From an uncultured Enterobacteriaceae bacterium (lineage in GTDB: Bacteria; Desulfobacterota; Binatia; Bin18), in the NCBI GenBank assembly GCA_964460065.1, contig CAYWPF010000006.1, forward strand, positions 12,913 through 76,912: 64,000 bases of DNA, in the 5' to 3' direction. Both the position numbers and the translations under genes were made by a program. This document shows, piece by piece, positions 52,920 through 62,501 of the stretch. A model generated the notes under the pieces. That model had not been told where the DNA came from and did no database searches. It worked only from the letters and a program-made list of their open reading frames with translations. The first letter of the stretch is position 1. Every line of letters begins with the position of its first letter.

Positions 52920-54491
52920 ATGACAAAGGCGCAAAGTTCTGAAGTGTCCAAGTTGACAGGGGCGGAAGTCGCCATCCAAACGGCAGCCGCCGCAGGTATC
53001 GACGTGTGTTTCGCAAATCCGGGCACGACCGAATTGTACCTAGTCCAAGCGCTCGACCGTTGTCCTACCATTAAACCAGTACTGGCCGTTTTCGAGGGTG
53101 TCTGTACGGGAGCGGCGGATGGATATTCTCGCGTGAGCGGCAAGCCTTCGCTCGCACTCCTTCATCTGGGCCCTGGACTCGCTAACGGCCAGGCGAATTT
53201 ACACAACGCCAGGAAAGCTAGGTCACCGGTAGTTTCTATCGTGGGAGAACACGCGACTTGGCACATTGCGGCGAATGCGCCACTCACTGCCGACATCGAA
53301 ACATTGGCCCAACCAATGTCCGAACTGGTCGTAACCGCAACCAGCCCACATTCCATTGGGGCAGACATGGCTAACGTCATTGCCCATGCCTGCCAGTTGC
53401 CCGCCGGACCGACCACTTTAATTTTGCCAGGCGATATGCAGTGGGCCCTGTCGGACACGGGCCCCACCAAACCAGTCATTCCAATGGCACCTGAAGCCAG
53501 TACGGAGGAAATAGAACACGCGGCCGCTGCGCTACGGTCCGGACCGACGGCCGTCGTCTTAGGAGGCAGCGCGCTACGAAGTGAAGGCCTAAAGTCCGCT
53601 GACCGGATTAAACGAGCCACCGATTGCCACATATTCACCCCAACTTTTCCTCCGGTGCAGGACCGAGGAACAGGCCTCATTTCCCCAGAGAAAATACCAT
53701 ACGCCCCGGAACCTGCTACCAAACTCCTCGCGCCATTTGAAAAAGTCATCCTGGCCGGCGCACACGAGCCCGTCGCTTTTTTTGGATACCCCAACACCCG
53801 AAGTAGCCTTTGTTCAGAGGACGCAACTATCATCCAAATGTGCCGGAACAGTGTAGATCCTGCGACGGCACTAGTTGCAGTAGCCGACGCCTTAGGCGCC
53901 CCCCCCGCCAGACACGTTCCTTCTGGGCCCCGCCCTGAGGCACCAAGAGGTACTCTCAGCCCCTCGAGTATGTGCGCGGCAATCGCTGCCGCCCAACCCG
54001 AAGGCGCCATTGTGATGGACGAAGGAGCTACGGCCGGTTTCGGTTACCACGGGATGGCAGCCGGCGCACCCCCATTCACGTACATGGCGCTAACGGGAGG
54101 TTCAATCGGGCAAGGACTACCATGCGCAGTCGGTGCCGCCGCCGCTGAGCCGTCACGCACTACTATCTGCCTCGAAGGGGATGGCTCGTCTCTGTATACC
54201 ATCCAGGCGCTCTGGACGATGGCTCGAGAAAACCAAAATGTGACATCTATTATTTGTAAAAACAAAGCGTATTCTATCCTGCGTTGGGAATTAGAACGAG
54301 CAAATATGACCCCCGGGAATGCCAGTCTCAGCCTTACAGGACTTGAGTCTCCCGAATTCAATTATGTAAAGCTTGCCGAAGGCTTCGGTGTTGAAGGTCG
54401 CACGGTGACAACGGCCGAAGAATTGAACGATACTCTAGAATACGCTTTTAAGAGCCCCGGTCCATTTCTCATAGAGGCCGACCTCGTGTAA
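52920..54491 (+). CDS. Thiamine-pyrophosphate-dependent enzyme (acetolactate synthase / benzoylformate decarboxylase-like, single subunit)
   Basis: N-terminal Pyr domain (NPGTTELYLVQAL) and C-terminal TPP-binding GDGSSLYTIQALWT. Confidence 0.75.
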   Translation: MTKAQSSEVSKLTGAEVAIQTAAAAGIDVCFANPGTTELYLVQALDRCPTIKPVLAVFEGVCTGAADGYSRVSGKPSLALLHLGPGLANGQANLHNARKARSPVVSIVGEHATWHIAANAPLTADIETLAQPMSELVVTATSPHSIGADMANVIAHACQLPAGPTTLILPGDMQWALSDTGPTKPVIPMAPEASTEEIEHAAAALRSGPTAVVLGGSALRSEGLKSADRIKRATDCHIFTPTFPPVQDRGTGLISPEKIPYAPEPATKLLAPFEKVILAGAHEPVAFFGYPNTRSSLCSEDATIIQMCRNSVDPATALVAVADALGAPPARHVPSGPRPEAPRGTLSPSSMCAAIAAAQPEGAIVMDEGATAGFGYHGMAAGAPPFTYMALTGGSIGQGLPCAVGAAAAEPSRTTICLEGDGSSLYTIQALWTMARENQNVTSIICKNKAYSILRWELERANMTPGNASLSLTGLESPEFNYVKLAEGFGVEGRTVTTAEELNDTLEYAFKSPGPFLIEADLV

Positions 54492-54530
54492 TGCCTAAAC
54501 ATCCGGGAGATTCTATTGGAGAATGCGAAA

Positions 54531-54557
54531 AGGCCGAAGCCTGCTTCCGGTTTTTTA
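54531..54557 (+). terminator. Rho-independent terminator after the TPP-enzyme gene
   Basis: GGCCGAAGCCTGCTTCCGG hairpin followed by TTTTTT, 40 nt after the stop. Confidence 0.55.
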
Positions 54558-54610
54558 CCCGAAAAAATGATGTTGTTTTTACGCTGTAAAACCCTCCCTT
54601 AAGGGGTCGA

Positions 54611-56059
54611 ATGCGATTTCCCTCAGGACTCTACAATCATTCGCTGGCGCTACTGACCGACCTTTATCAGGTCACCATGGCATATGGCTATTGGCAAAAG
54701 ACTATGGGCGACCGGCAATGCGCTTTCCATCTTTTTTTCCGTGATAATCCTTTCGGCGGAGGGTATAGCGTCAGCTGCGGACTAGCGTATGTAATCGATT
54801 TCTTAGAATGCTTGAAGTTCACACCAAATGATACAGCTTATTTGGGCGAGCTTGTCGGGGCCGACGGCCGTGCCTTATTCGACAAGAAATTCCTAACCTA
54901 TTTGCAGGCGCTCGAATTGACTTGCGATGTCGACGCAGTTCCCGAAGGGACCATCGTTTTTCCCCAGGAACCCTTGATTAGAATCAAGGGACCGTTATTG
55001 CAGTGCCAGCTTATCGAGACTGCCCTGCTCAACATAGTCAATTTTCAAACTCTAATAGCGACTAAAGCTGCCAGGATCTGCACAGCTGCGCAGAACAGTT
55101 CCGTCCTAGAATTCGGCTTACGACGTGCCCAGGGCATCGATGGTGCATTGGCCGCGAGTAGAGCGGCATACATAGGCGGCTGTAGCGCCACGTCGAACGT
55201 ACTTGCCGGCAAGCTGTTCGGGATTCCTGTGAAGGGAACGCACGCTCACAGTTGGGTGATGGCGTTTGGAAATGATACTGACGCTTTTCAGGCATACGCG
55301 GAGTCTGTACCCAACAACTGTATTTTTCTTGTGGACACCTACGACACCCTCGACGGGGTTCAGAAATCCACGCAGGTTGGCCGTTGGCTGCAAGAAAATG
55401 GCCATAAGATGCTCGGGGTTAGGCTGGATTCCGGTGATCTAGCGAGCCTCAGCATAAAAGCACGAAAACTATTGGACGACTCTGGATTCGTTTCTACACA
55501 GATTGTAGCCGGGAATGACCTCGACGAACACGCAATCCAAGCACTCCGCGCGGCCGATGCCGCGGTAGACATCTGGGGTATAGGTACTCGTCTCGTCACT
55601 GGTTACGATCAACCTGCTCTCGGTGGAGTTTACAAACTGGGCGCCATTCAGGACCCGCTCGGAAAATGGCAGGATCGGATCAAGGTGTCCGATGACGTGA
55701 GCAAGACAACCAATCCTGGCATTCAGCAAGTGCGCCGTTTTCACAGTGAGAAGTTCGTTGGGGACATGATTTATGATGAGCGAGAGCGCGAAACCTTAAA
55801 AGACCTCGATTCGTCCCTTCTGGAAGGGATGCATCCGCGTCAGTGTTCACACACAGATTTGTTGGTTCCGATAATACGAAATGGCAAGGCGATGTATGAC
55901 GAACCCGATTTGATCTCTATTCGCGAACGGGTCAGCGAACAGGTGGGTCGGCTCCCCACCGCTGTCAAACGACTGGAAAAACCAGAGCTATACCCCGTCC
56001 ATCTGGAGCCCACCCTCGAGCTTCGCAAAAGTGAACTCATAAAGCAGTCTCGCAAATAA
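54611..56059 (+). CDS. pncB: Nicotinate phosphoribosyltransferase
   Basis: LLTDLYQVTMAYGYW N-terminal signature. About 480 aa. Confidence 0.85.
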   Translation: MRFPSGLYNHSLALLTDLYQVTMAYGYWQKTMGDRQCAFHLFFRDNPFGGGYSVSCGLAYVIDFLECLKFTPNDTAYLGELVGADGRALFDKKFLTYLQALELTCDVDAVPEGTIVFPQEPLIRIKGPLLQCQLIETALLNIVNFQTLIATKAARICTAAQNSSVLEFGLRRAQGIDGALAASRAAYIGGCSATSNVLAGKLFGIPVKGTHAHSWVMAFGNDTDAFQAYAESVPNNCIFLVDTYDTLDGVQKSTQVGRWLQENGHKMLGVRLDSGDLASLSIKARKLLDDSGFVSTQIVAGNDLDEHAIQALRAADAAVDIWGIGTRLVTGYDQPALGGVYKLGAIQDPLGKWQDRIKVSDDVSKTTNPGIQQVRRFHSEKFVGDMIYDERERETLKDLDSSLLEGMHPRQCSHTDLLVPIIRNGKAMYDEPDLISIRERVSEQVGRLPTAVKRLEKPELYPVHLEPTLELRKSELIKQSRK

Positions 56060-56349
56060 CTACGACGCTTTCGCAACGATTATTCTGCACAAGTGCCAGG
56101 TATTCTACCGCTAATCCTGAATCCGAAGGGAAATGAGGACCCTGACGACGGACGTATTGCCTGGTCGGTCGTCGGAGTTGCATGCCGAATGAAGCTCGCC
56201 AATTCGGGCTGAGGTTTCCAAATTCCTGACATTTTCGTATCCCACACCGGCTTACAATGTGTTGCTGGTTGTCGTGGGGAGGACACATCGACTATGTATA
56301 CGATACGGTACGGCTGGAAACAGCCTCCGACAAAAAAAAGGAGAACGCG

Positions 56350-56796
56350 ATGAAAATTAGAAACACTTCCCACATTGCCATTGGGGTAAGCAATATGGCC
56401 GCATCATTACAATTCTATAGAGACGTACTCGGCCTCCACGTAACATTGGACGATCCACTGGAGAATCCAGGTGGAACTCTTCAGCGCCCGAGGCACGGTG
56501 TATACCTGAGGTGGCAAGACGGTCCAGACGCTACATTTATTGTATTGTCAGAAAATCAACCGGTCTCTGGTGGAGCAATCGGACTGAACCAAGTTGGCAT
56601 ACACCATTTCGCGTTCTGGGTGGATGACCTGGAAGACACCTACCGTAACGTCCTGGCCGCAGGCGCTGAAATTGTAATGCCGCCTACGACATTTGACAGT
56701 GTCGCCTACGGTGAGGAACCCGGCACACAGATCAGAACGACATTGTTTAAGGATCCGGACGGAATCGTCCTCCAACTCGACCAACGCGTCAACTAG
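56350..56796 (+). CDS. VOC (glyoxalase/bleomycin-resistance/dioxygenase) family protein
   Basis: HIAIGVSNM...FYRDVLGL. ATG at 56350 after an AAAAAAGGAGAAC RBS. Confidence 0.75.
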   Translation: MKIRNTSHIAIGVSNMAASLQFYRDVLGLHVTLDDPLENPGGTLQRPRHGVYLRWQDGPDATFIVLSENQPVSGGAIGLNQVGIHHFAFWVDDLEDTYRNVLAAGAEIVMPPTTFDSVAYGEEPGTQIRTTLFKDPDGIVLQLDQRVN

Positions 56797-56809
56797 CAAG
56801 GGGACTACC

Positions 56810-57796
56810 GTGTCTATTGGAAAAAACAAAATGGAATATGAGGTCGTGGAGGGTTGGGAGCAGCTTCCCGAGGGCTGGTCGTTTGTGGAGGTGGCTGGTG
56901 TGGCAACAGATTCTATGGATCGGGTCTATGCCTTTAATAGGGGTGCACACCCAATGATCATCTTCGATAGAGACGGTAAATTCTTGAATGCCTGGGGTGA
57001 AGACGTCTTCACCAACGCGCATGGAATTTTTATCGGACCAGACGACACAATCTATTGCGCCGACAATTTCGATCACACGGTTCGCTTGTTCAAACCGGAC
57101 GGCGAATTAATTCTGACACTGGGCGAAAAAGATAAGCCGTCAGACACGGGGTTTGAAGCCTGGACCACACCCGTAAAAAAAGCTTCGGGACCTTTCAACA
57201 TGGTCACGAATGTTGCTCTCGGTCCGGAAGGCCACATGTACGTCGCCGATGGATACGGCAATGCACGCGTGCATCGTTTTTCTCCCAACGGAACTCTGGA
57301 ATTTTCGTGGGGCTCACCCGGGAGTGGTCCGAGTCAGTTCAAAATTCCACATGCCATCGCCGTAGACCGGCGCGGAACGGTCTACGTAGCAGACCGTGAA
57401 AATTCTCGTATCCAAGTCTTCACCGGCGACGGAGAGTTTTTAACCGAATGGTCGCACGTAAAACGTCCCGACGACCTCTATATAGACAAGGATGAAAATC
57501 TCTTCGTGGCGGAACTTGGCTTCAAAGTGGCTCATATGCCAAATAATTTAGGCGCGGCAATACCTCCGCATGAGCCCCCCTCGAGCGTTGCCGTACTGAG
57601 CTTGGACGGTGAAATACAACAGCGGTTTGGAGGGCATGGCCTGGAACCCGGTAACTTCTACGCACCGCACGGAATCTGGGCGGATTCTCGAGGCGACTTG
57701 TACGTTAGCGAGGTCAACTACAGTGCCGGGGGAAAACAGGGCCTGATCCCGCTCAACGGGCATGTCCTTCAGAAGTTCGTTCGCTTAAATAAATGA
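56810..57796 (+). CDS. NHL-repeat beta-propeller protein (peptidyl-alpha-hydroxyglycine lyase-like)
   Basis: Repeated YVAD...NxRVxxF NHL motifs. GTG at 56810 follows an AAGGGGA RBS. An ATG at 56831 is the alternative start. Confidence 0.7.
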   Translation: MSIGKNKMEYEVVEGWEQLPEGWSFVEVAGVATDSMDRVYAFNRGAHPMIIFDRDGKFLNAWGEDVFTNAHGIFIGPDDTIYCADNFDHTVRLFKPDGELILTLGEKDKPSDTGFEAWTTPVKKASGPFNMVTNVALGPEGHMYVADGYGNARVHRFSPNGTLEFSWGSPGSGPSQFKIPHAIAVDRRGTVYVADRENSRIQVFTGDGEFLTEWSHVKRPDDLYIDKDENLFVAELGFKVAHMPNNLGAAIPPHEPPSSVAVLSLDGEIQQRFGGHGLEPGNFYAPHGIWADSRGDLYVSEVNYSAGGKQGLIPLNGHVLQKFVRLNK

Positions 57797-57824
57797 CGTC
57801 GGCCAGGCAAGGAAGTGGAGTCTT

Positions 57825-58781
57825 ATGAGACGTGTAGCAGTGCTAGATGATTACTCACGTATTGGACGTAACATTACCGATTGGACCATTCTGCCTAGCG
57901 ATATCGACGTAACTTTTTTCACCGACCACGTGTCTAGTACCCGTCCCCTAGTGGAACGCTTACAAGACTTTGATGTGATCATGGCTATGCGAGAACGTAC
58001 GCCGTTTCCGCGCGCGATTATTGAACAACTTCCAAAGTTGCGGCTCCTGACCACGACGGGTATGCGCAACGCTGCGATCGACTTAGAGGCGGCAAAAGAC
58101 TGTAACGTCGTAGTCTGTGGGACGGACGGGCTTTTATACCCAACGGCGGAGTTGACGTGGGGCCTGATTTTAGCTTTGGCGCGTCATATCCCTATGGAAG
58201 ACACACAGACTCGTTTGGGCACATGGCAAGTTACGCTGGGGTCCGGACTCAATGGAATGACGCTCGGACTGTTAGGCCTGGGCAAACTCGGAGTACAGGT
58301 TGCCCGAATCGGGCAAGCCTTCCAAATGAAGGTCCTCGCATGGAGCCCGAACCTCACGGCGAGGAGAGCGTCCGCCTGTGAAACCGAACTAGTCACTAAG
58401 GCGGCCCTTTTTTCGCGATCGGATGTGTTGTCAATACATTTAGTGCTGGGTAATCGATCCCGCGGTCTCGTTGGCGCTCAAGAATTGAAAACCATGAAGC
58501 CGAGCGCCTATTTAATCAATACTTCCCGCGGACCCATTATTGACGAAGCCGCCCTTATCCAGGCCTTGGATAAGGGCTGGATCGCCGGGGCCGGGCTCGA
58601 CGTTTTTGACGAAGAACCGCTGCCCCTCTCCCATCCACTACGGAACAAACCAAATACCGTCATCACACCGCATATGGGGTATGTTACCCGGGAAACACTC
58701 CAGATCTTTTTCGACCAAACCATCGAAAACATATTAGCATTCTTGGATAACGCCCCGATTCGAACGTTACAGCCGACATAG
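57825..58781 (+). CDS. D-isomer-specific 2-hydroxyacid dehydrogenase family protein
   Basis: GLLGLGKLG NAD-binding motif and a catalytic R/E/H context. INTSRGPIIDE. Confidence 0.85.
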   Translation: MRRVAVLDDYSRIGRNITDWTILPSDIDVTFFTDHVSSTRPLVERLQDFDVIMAMRERTPFPRAIIEQLPKLRLLTTTGMRNAAIDLEAAKDCNVVVCGTDGLLYPTAELTWGLILALARHIPMEDTQTRLGTWQVTLGSGLNGMTLGLLGLGKLGVQVARIGQAFQMKVLAWSPNLTARRASACETELVTKAALFSRSDVLSIHLVLGNRSRGLVGAQELKTMKPSAYLINTSRGPIIDEAALIQALDKGWIAGAGLDVFDEEPLPLSHPLRNKPNTVITPHMGYVTRETLQIFFDQTIENILAFLDNAPIRTLQPT

Positions 58782-58808
58782 GACCTTAAGTACCACCGGG
58801 TGCCCTAC

Positions 58809-59290
58809 CTATCCTAGCGCCCGGGCGATCTCCGCATATTTGTCCAGGAAAGGCAAAATCACTTCGGGGCCCTCAGTGGGAATACGCACCGCCGTTCGGA
58901 CAGCGCCCAAATCACGGTAGCGCACCAATCGTTCCCTTTCCGGAATGTCGATACAAAAAAAAGAGATCGCCCTTTAGAAATCCTATCTAGCGTCGCAATC
59001 TGCTTAGCCTGGACTAAAGGGTCATGTTCTACAATTAGCGATATTCCAGTTCCGAGTAGAATTTTTTCGGTGACCATCGCGGCCGCGGCCAGACTCGTAA
59101 ACGGATCCGCCATGTGAATGTATTCTTTGGGCAAACGCCCACCAGCCGGCCATTCGGTTTCTCTGACTGCGGGTATATGAGTATGCTCGGGCAGCCACAG
59201 CGATTCAAAGCCTCGCTCTTCGCACGCCACCGCCAACTCCGCCGTCGGCGTCGAGTATTCGGTGTTGAAGCTAAATATGCCTAACTTCAA
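58809..59290 (-). pseudogene. Decayed duplicate of the LLM-class oxidoreductase at 61523-62374. N-terminal 115 codons are intact, then a frameshift at an A8 homopolymer and loss of about 125 internal codons, with the C-terminal 40 codons retained
   Basis: N-terminus MKLGIFSFNTEYSTPTAELAVACEERGFESLWLPEHTHIP is near-identical to the paralog. The reading frame diverges at 58945-58952 (A8). The C-terminal remnant LVRYRDLGAVRTAVRIPTEGPEVILPFLDKYAEIARALG aligns to the paralog C-terminus in a different frame. Confidence 0.6.
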
Positions 59291-59318
59291 GTGAATTATC
59301 CTTCGTCGTTTGCGTATG

Positions 59319-59726
59319 TCAGACGAACGTTAGGTCACCGGATGCTTCAGTTCGCCGGTAATAGCATGTTGTTCGCGCCGCACCATCCGCGTCTTTTGTA
59401 TGGCAAACTCCGCCCTTTGTGGGGATCACCCGATATAACACTGAATTTTGTTCGCAGTTCACTCGTATATCGATGAGTTCAAGCGCGTCCCCTGAAGTCG
59501 CTCCTTTGCGCCACAGCTCATTACGGGAGGTCGACCAGAGGACTGCGGTTTTACTTCTCAGCGTTTCTTGTATTGCCTCGTCGTTGGCATAGCCAACAAA
59601 CAACACGTCACCGTTTTCGGCGTTCTGGAGTACGACCGGAATCACATTCTGGTCGGTCGCGGCTACCTTCCGAAGCTTTTGGAAGTCCAGAGTCAGTTGT
59701 TTGCCTTCTTCAACTTGATTTACCAT
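59319..59726 (-). CDS. hisI: Phosphoribosyl-AMP cyclohydrolase (HisI-like), stand-alone
   Basis: VIPVVLQN...VLFVGYANDEA...WSTSRNELWRKGATSG...C..HT align to the HisI domain. No hisE or other his genes are nearby. Confidence 0.72.
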   Translation of the reverse strand: MVNQVEEGKQLTLDFQKLRKVAATDQNVIPVVLQNAENGDVLFVGYANDEAIQETLRSKTAVLWSTSRNELWRKGATSGDALELIDIRVNCEQNSVLYRVIPTKGGVCHTKDADGAARTTCYYRRTEASGDLTFV

Positions 59727-59742
59727 TGCTGTCCTTTATTCA

Positions 59743-60264
59743 CTAATATCCCGCCTTCTCATACGGCCCTAGACCGCGTTTGTAGATCAGTAACTTTCGC
59801 TCGAACGAACACACTTCTACCCCGTTCTGATTAGTAGCACGGGTTTGCACGTGCAAGACCGCTTGGGCCGGTCGCGACTTCGATTCGCGTTTTCCAAGCA
59901 ACTCCGATTCTGCGTAAATCGTATCACCAGCTCTCACAGGTGACGGCAGTCTGACATCCGTCCAACCCAGGTTCGCAACTACCTTATTGAACGTCTTCGT
60001 GGTCATAGCGGTTACCGCGCTAACAACAAGTGTCTCAGCAATAACATTCTCTCCACCGTACACTCGCGCATTGTATTCATCGTCTGCAACCCGGGCAGTC
60101 AAGTCCGCGGAGCGATGCACGTGCTTCCTGTTCTCCTCTGTTGTGAAGGTGCGGCCGGGCCGGTGTTCAAAGACTTGTCCAACTGAAAAGTCCTCGAAAT
60201 CCACACCCGCTATCTCCATATAGGTTTGATCGTCAAGCTTCCGGTGCGACGAGAAACGGCTCAT
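59743..60264 (-). CDS. MaoC-like (R)-specific enoyl-CoA hydratase/dehydratase (hotdog fold)
   Basis: Hotdog-fold hydratase pattern. Paralogous to the downstream neighbour. Confidence 0.78.
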   Translation of the reverse strand: MSRFSSHRKLDDQTYMEIAGVDFEDFSVGQVFEHRPGRTFTTEENRKHVHRSADLTARVADDEYNARVYGGENVIAETLVVSAVTAMTTKTFNKVVANLGWTDVRLPSPVRAGDTIYAESELLGKRESKSRPAQAVLHVQTRATNQNGVEVCSFERKLLIYKRGLGPYEKAGY

Positions 60265-60280
60265 TGCGGGACTCCTTCGT

Positions 60281-60808
60281 TCAGTAGTTCGCGTCTAAGA
60301 AGGGCACGGCGTCTCGCTTATAAATGAGTACGTCGTACTCCATCGTACACACGAGTTTTCCGTCCTGGTTAGTTCCTCTCGTCTCGACGGTGAGGCGCCC
60401 GCACTTGGCCTCCCCCGACCCATCCTCCTTAGCTTTGATCTCGGTCTGCGCGTAAAGCGTGTCCCCGCCAAAAACTGGCGCGGTCATGTTGAGAACGCTC
60501 CATCCTAAAATCTGGGTTTTCTTGAAGAACGTTTTCCACGTCATCCCTATTAGTCGTTGCAACGTGAGCGTGCTGACAACCAAAGGGTTTTTCCATTCTG
60601 TTTGCGCCGCATAATTCGAGTCAAAGTGGATCATGGCCTGGTTCAAGGTATCAAATGATTCCTCAATGTTGTCCTGTTGGGTGATCGTCATACCGGGCCG
60701 GTGTTTGAAAATCTGGCCCACTTCAAAGTTTTCGTAGTCGAGCCCATATCGTTCACGGTATCGGTTTGCTGAAACCTTGATATGAGATGTAAATGCAAAC
60801 TCACTCAT
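60281..60808 (-). CDS. MaoC-like dehydratase, paralog of 59743-60264
   Basis: Start at MSEFAFT. The ORF-track extension to 60931 is rejected. Alignable to its neighbour (FEVGQIFKHRPG versus FSVGQVFEHRPG). Confidence 0.78.
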   Translation of the reverse strand: MSEFAFTSHIKVSANRYRERYGLDYENFEVGQIFKHRPGMTITQQDNIEESFDTLNQAMIHFDSNYAAQTEWKNPLVVSTLTLQRLIGMTWKTFFKKTQILGWSVLNMTAPVFGGDTLYAQTEIKAKEDGSGEAKCGRLTVETRGTNQDGKLVCTMEYDVLIYKRDAVPFLDANY

Positions 60809-61060
60809 CGAACGCTCCCCGGGTACAGTTAGGCTGCCACAACGGTACCAGTATTTTGTGACCGCCGGAAGTCGTAAACGAACCTGCCCCGCCCCAGGGG
60901 TAATCCAGGAAGCATTGCCCCTAGGCGCCAATTAGAAGCCCATTGCAGCCAGCCCCCACCCGTCGGTCACAGGAGGTTCCGAGCTGCATGTTTAAGCCAC
61001 CCGGTTACAAACGCCGGTCTCTCTGTTTGCACCGAGTGATTTTGCTCAGCCGTGGATGCG

Positions 61061-61465
61061 TCACTCAGCCAGACCAGGATAACCTTGCCCGCGTGCTCCG
61101 TCGACGCTCCACATTCCCGCACCTCTTGCCGAGATATAAAGAAATGCGAAACAATACACCACGGCCAACTCACCTCCATTCTGAAGCGGCCACAACTCTT
61201 TCATCCCGTGTGCCATCCAATACGCGACAGCCATTAGTCCGCTGCACAAGAACGCCACCCAAGAGGTTGCCAGCCCTATCATCAAGAGCACGCCTCCGAC
61301 CAACTCGATAGTCCCTGCCGCATAAAGAGCCCCCGTCAGTGGATAGGGAAAGTCGGCTGGGAAGTTGAGAAGTTTTTGCGTACCGTGGAAGAGAAAGGTA
61401 AAACCCAGGACGATCCGCATGAGCGCGTATGTTTGCCCCTGATATGATCCCATAAACGAAGCCAT
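61061..61465 (-). CDS. DoxX family membrane protein
   Basis: Four predicted TM helices and a DoxX-like sequence (LRIVLGFTFLFHG). Confidence 0.8.
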   Translation of the reverse strand: MASFMGSYQGQTYALMRIVLGFTFLFHGTQKLLNFPADFPYPLTGALYAAGTIELVGGVLLMIGLATSWVAFLCSGLMAVAYWMAHGMKELWPLQNGGELAVVYCFAFLYISARGAGMWSVDGARGQGYPGLAE

Positions 61466-61522
61466 TGTTTGCCCTCCCTTTTGCTAAGATATCTCCCTCA
61501 TAGCAACACTGGGGACAGACTT

Positions 61523-62374
61523 TCAAGCGAAATCTTGGACTATCGATGCATAGTCGTCCAGGAAGGCCTCAACTTGTTTCGTATTCTCTGTCGGCGCCCG
61601 CACAACTGTACGGACTGCTCCGTACTCCCGGAAACGTTCCAACACCCGCAGTTTGGGGGCATTCGTACAGAAGCACGTTATTGGTATGGACTCTGGATCA
61701 CGCCCGACAGACTCCGCATAATCGCGCATTTTCTTGATTTTTCCGGGCAGATCGTCCACCGCGGCAGCGACAGGAATCCACCCATCACACAGATCGACCA
61801 CGCGTTTCAACGCCGTTTGGGAACTCAGACTTCCCAGAAGAATCGGTGGATGCGGGACGCTAACGGGTTTTGGGAACGACCATACTTTTTCAAAGTTGAC
61901 AAATTTGCCATGGTAAGAGGCCTCATCGTCGTTCCAAAGCGCCTTCATGGCCTCTATACGTTCCGTCAAGACGTTCCATCGGTCTTCTGGCCGGGTTCCA
62001 TGATTTAACATTTCTTCCTTATTCCACCCAGCGCCAACACCAAACAGAAATCGTCCCGAAGAGATTCGGTCCAACGAGGCCACTTGTTTAGCCTGCACTA
62101 TGGGGTCATGTTCTGTGACAAGCGAGATGCCGGTGCCCAACAACAACGTTGCAGTAGCCGCGGCGGCCGCCGCAAGTCCGATGAACGGGTCGGACATGTG
62201 CACGTACTCCTTAGGCAAGACGCCCCCACCGGGAAACTGAGATTCTCGGATAGCCGGGATATGAGTGTGTTCCGGCAACCACAGTGACTCGTAACCGCGT
62301 TCTTCACAAGCCACCGCTAGCAAGTCGGCAGGCATCGTGTATTCCGTGTTGTAACTAAAAATCCCTATCTTCAT
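61523..62374 (-). CDS. LLM-class (luciferase-like) oxidoreductase, probably F420-dependent (283-aa short family)
   Basis: TIM-barrel LLM pattern. The short (about 280 aa) form is typical of the Rv2161c-like putative F420-dependent family. Full-length paralog of the pseudogene at 58809-59290. Confidence 0.78.
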   Translation of the reverse strand: MKIGIFSYNTEYTMPADLLAVACEERGYESLWLPEHTHIPAIRESQFPGGGVLPKEYVHMSDPFIGLAAAAAATATLLLGTGISLVTEHDPIVQAKQVASLDRISSGRFLFGVGAGWNKEEMLNHGTRPEDRWNVLTERIEAMKALWNDDEASYHGKFVNFEKVWSFPKPVSVPHPPILLGSLSSQTALKRVVDLCDGWIPVAAAVDDLPGKIKKMRDYAESVGRDPESIPITCFCTNAPKLRVLERFREYGAVRTVVRAPTENTKQVEAFLDDYASIVQDFA

Positions 62375-62501
62375 AGTCTCCAGCCCGCCTCTAGCTCTCT
62401 ACCGCGAATAAAATCGAGGGTTCTCATTTTCTCACGCTATCCATGACTGTAATCGGGTGCGCGTCGCCATTAACCTAAGCCCCTGTCATTCCACGCATTT
62501 C

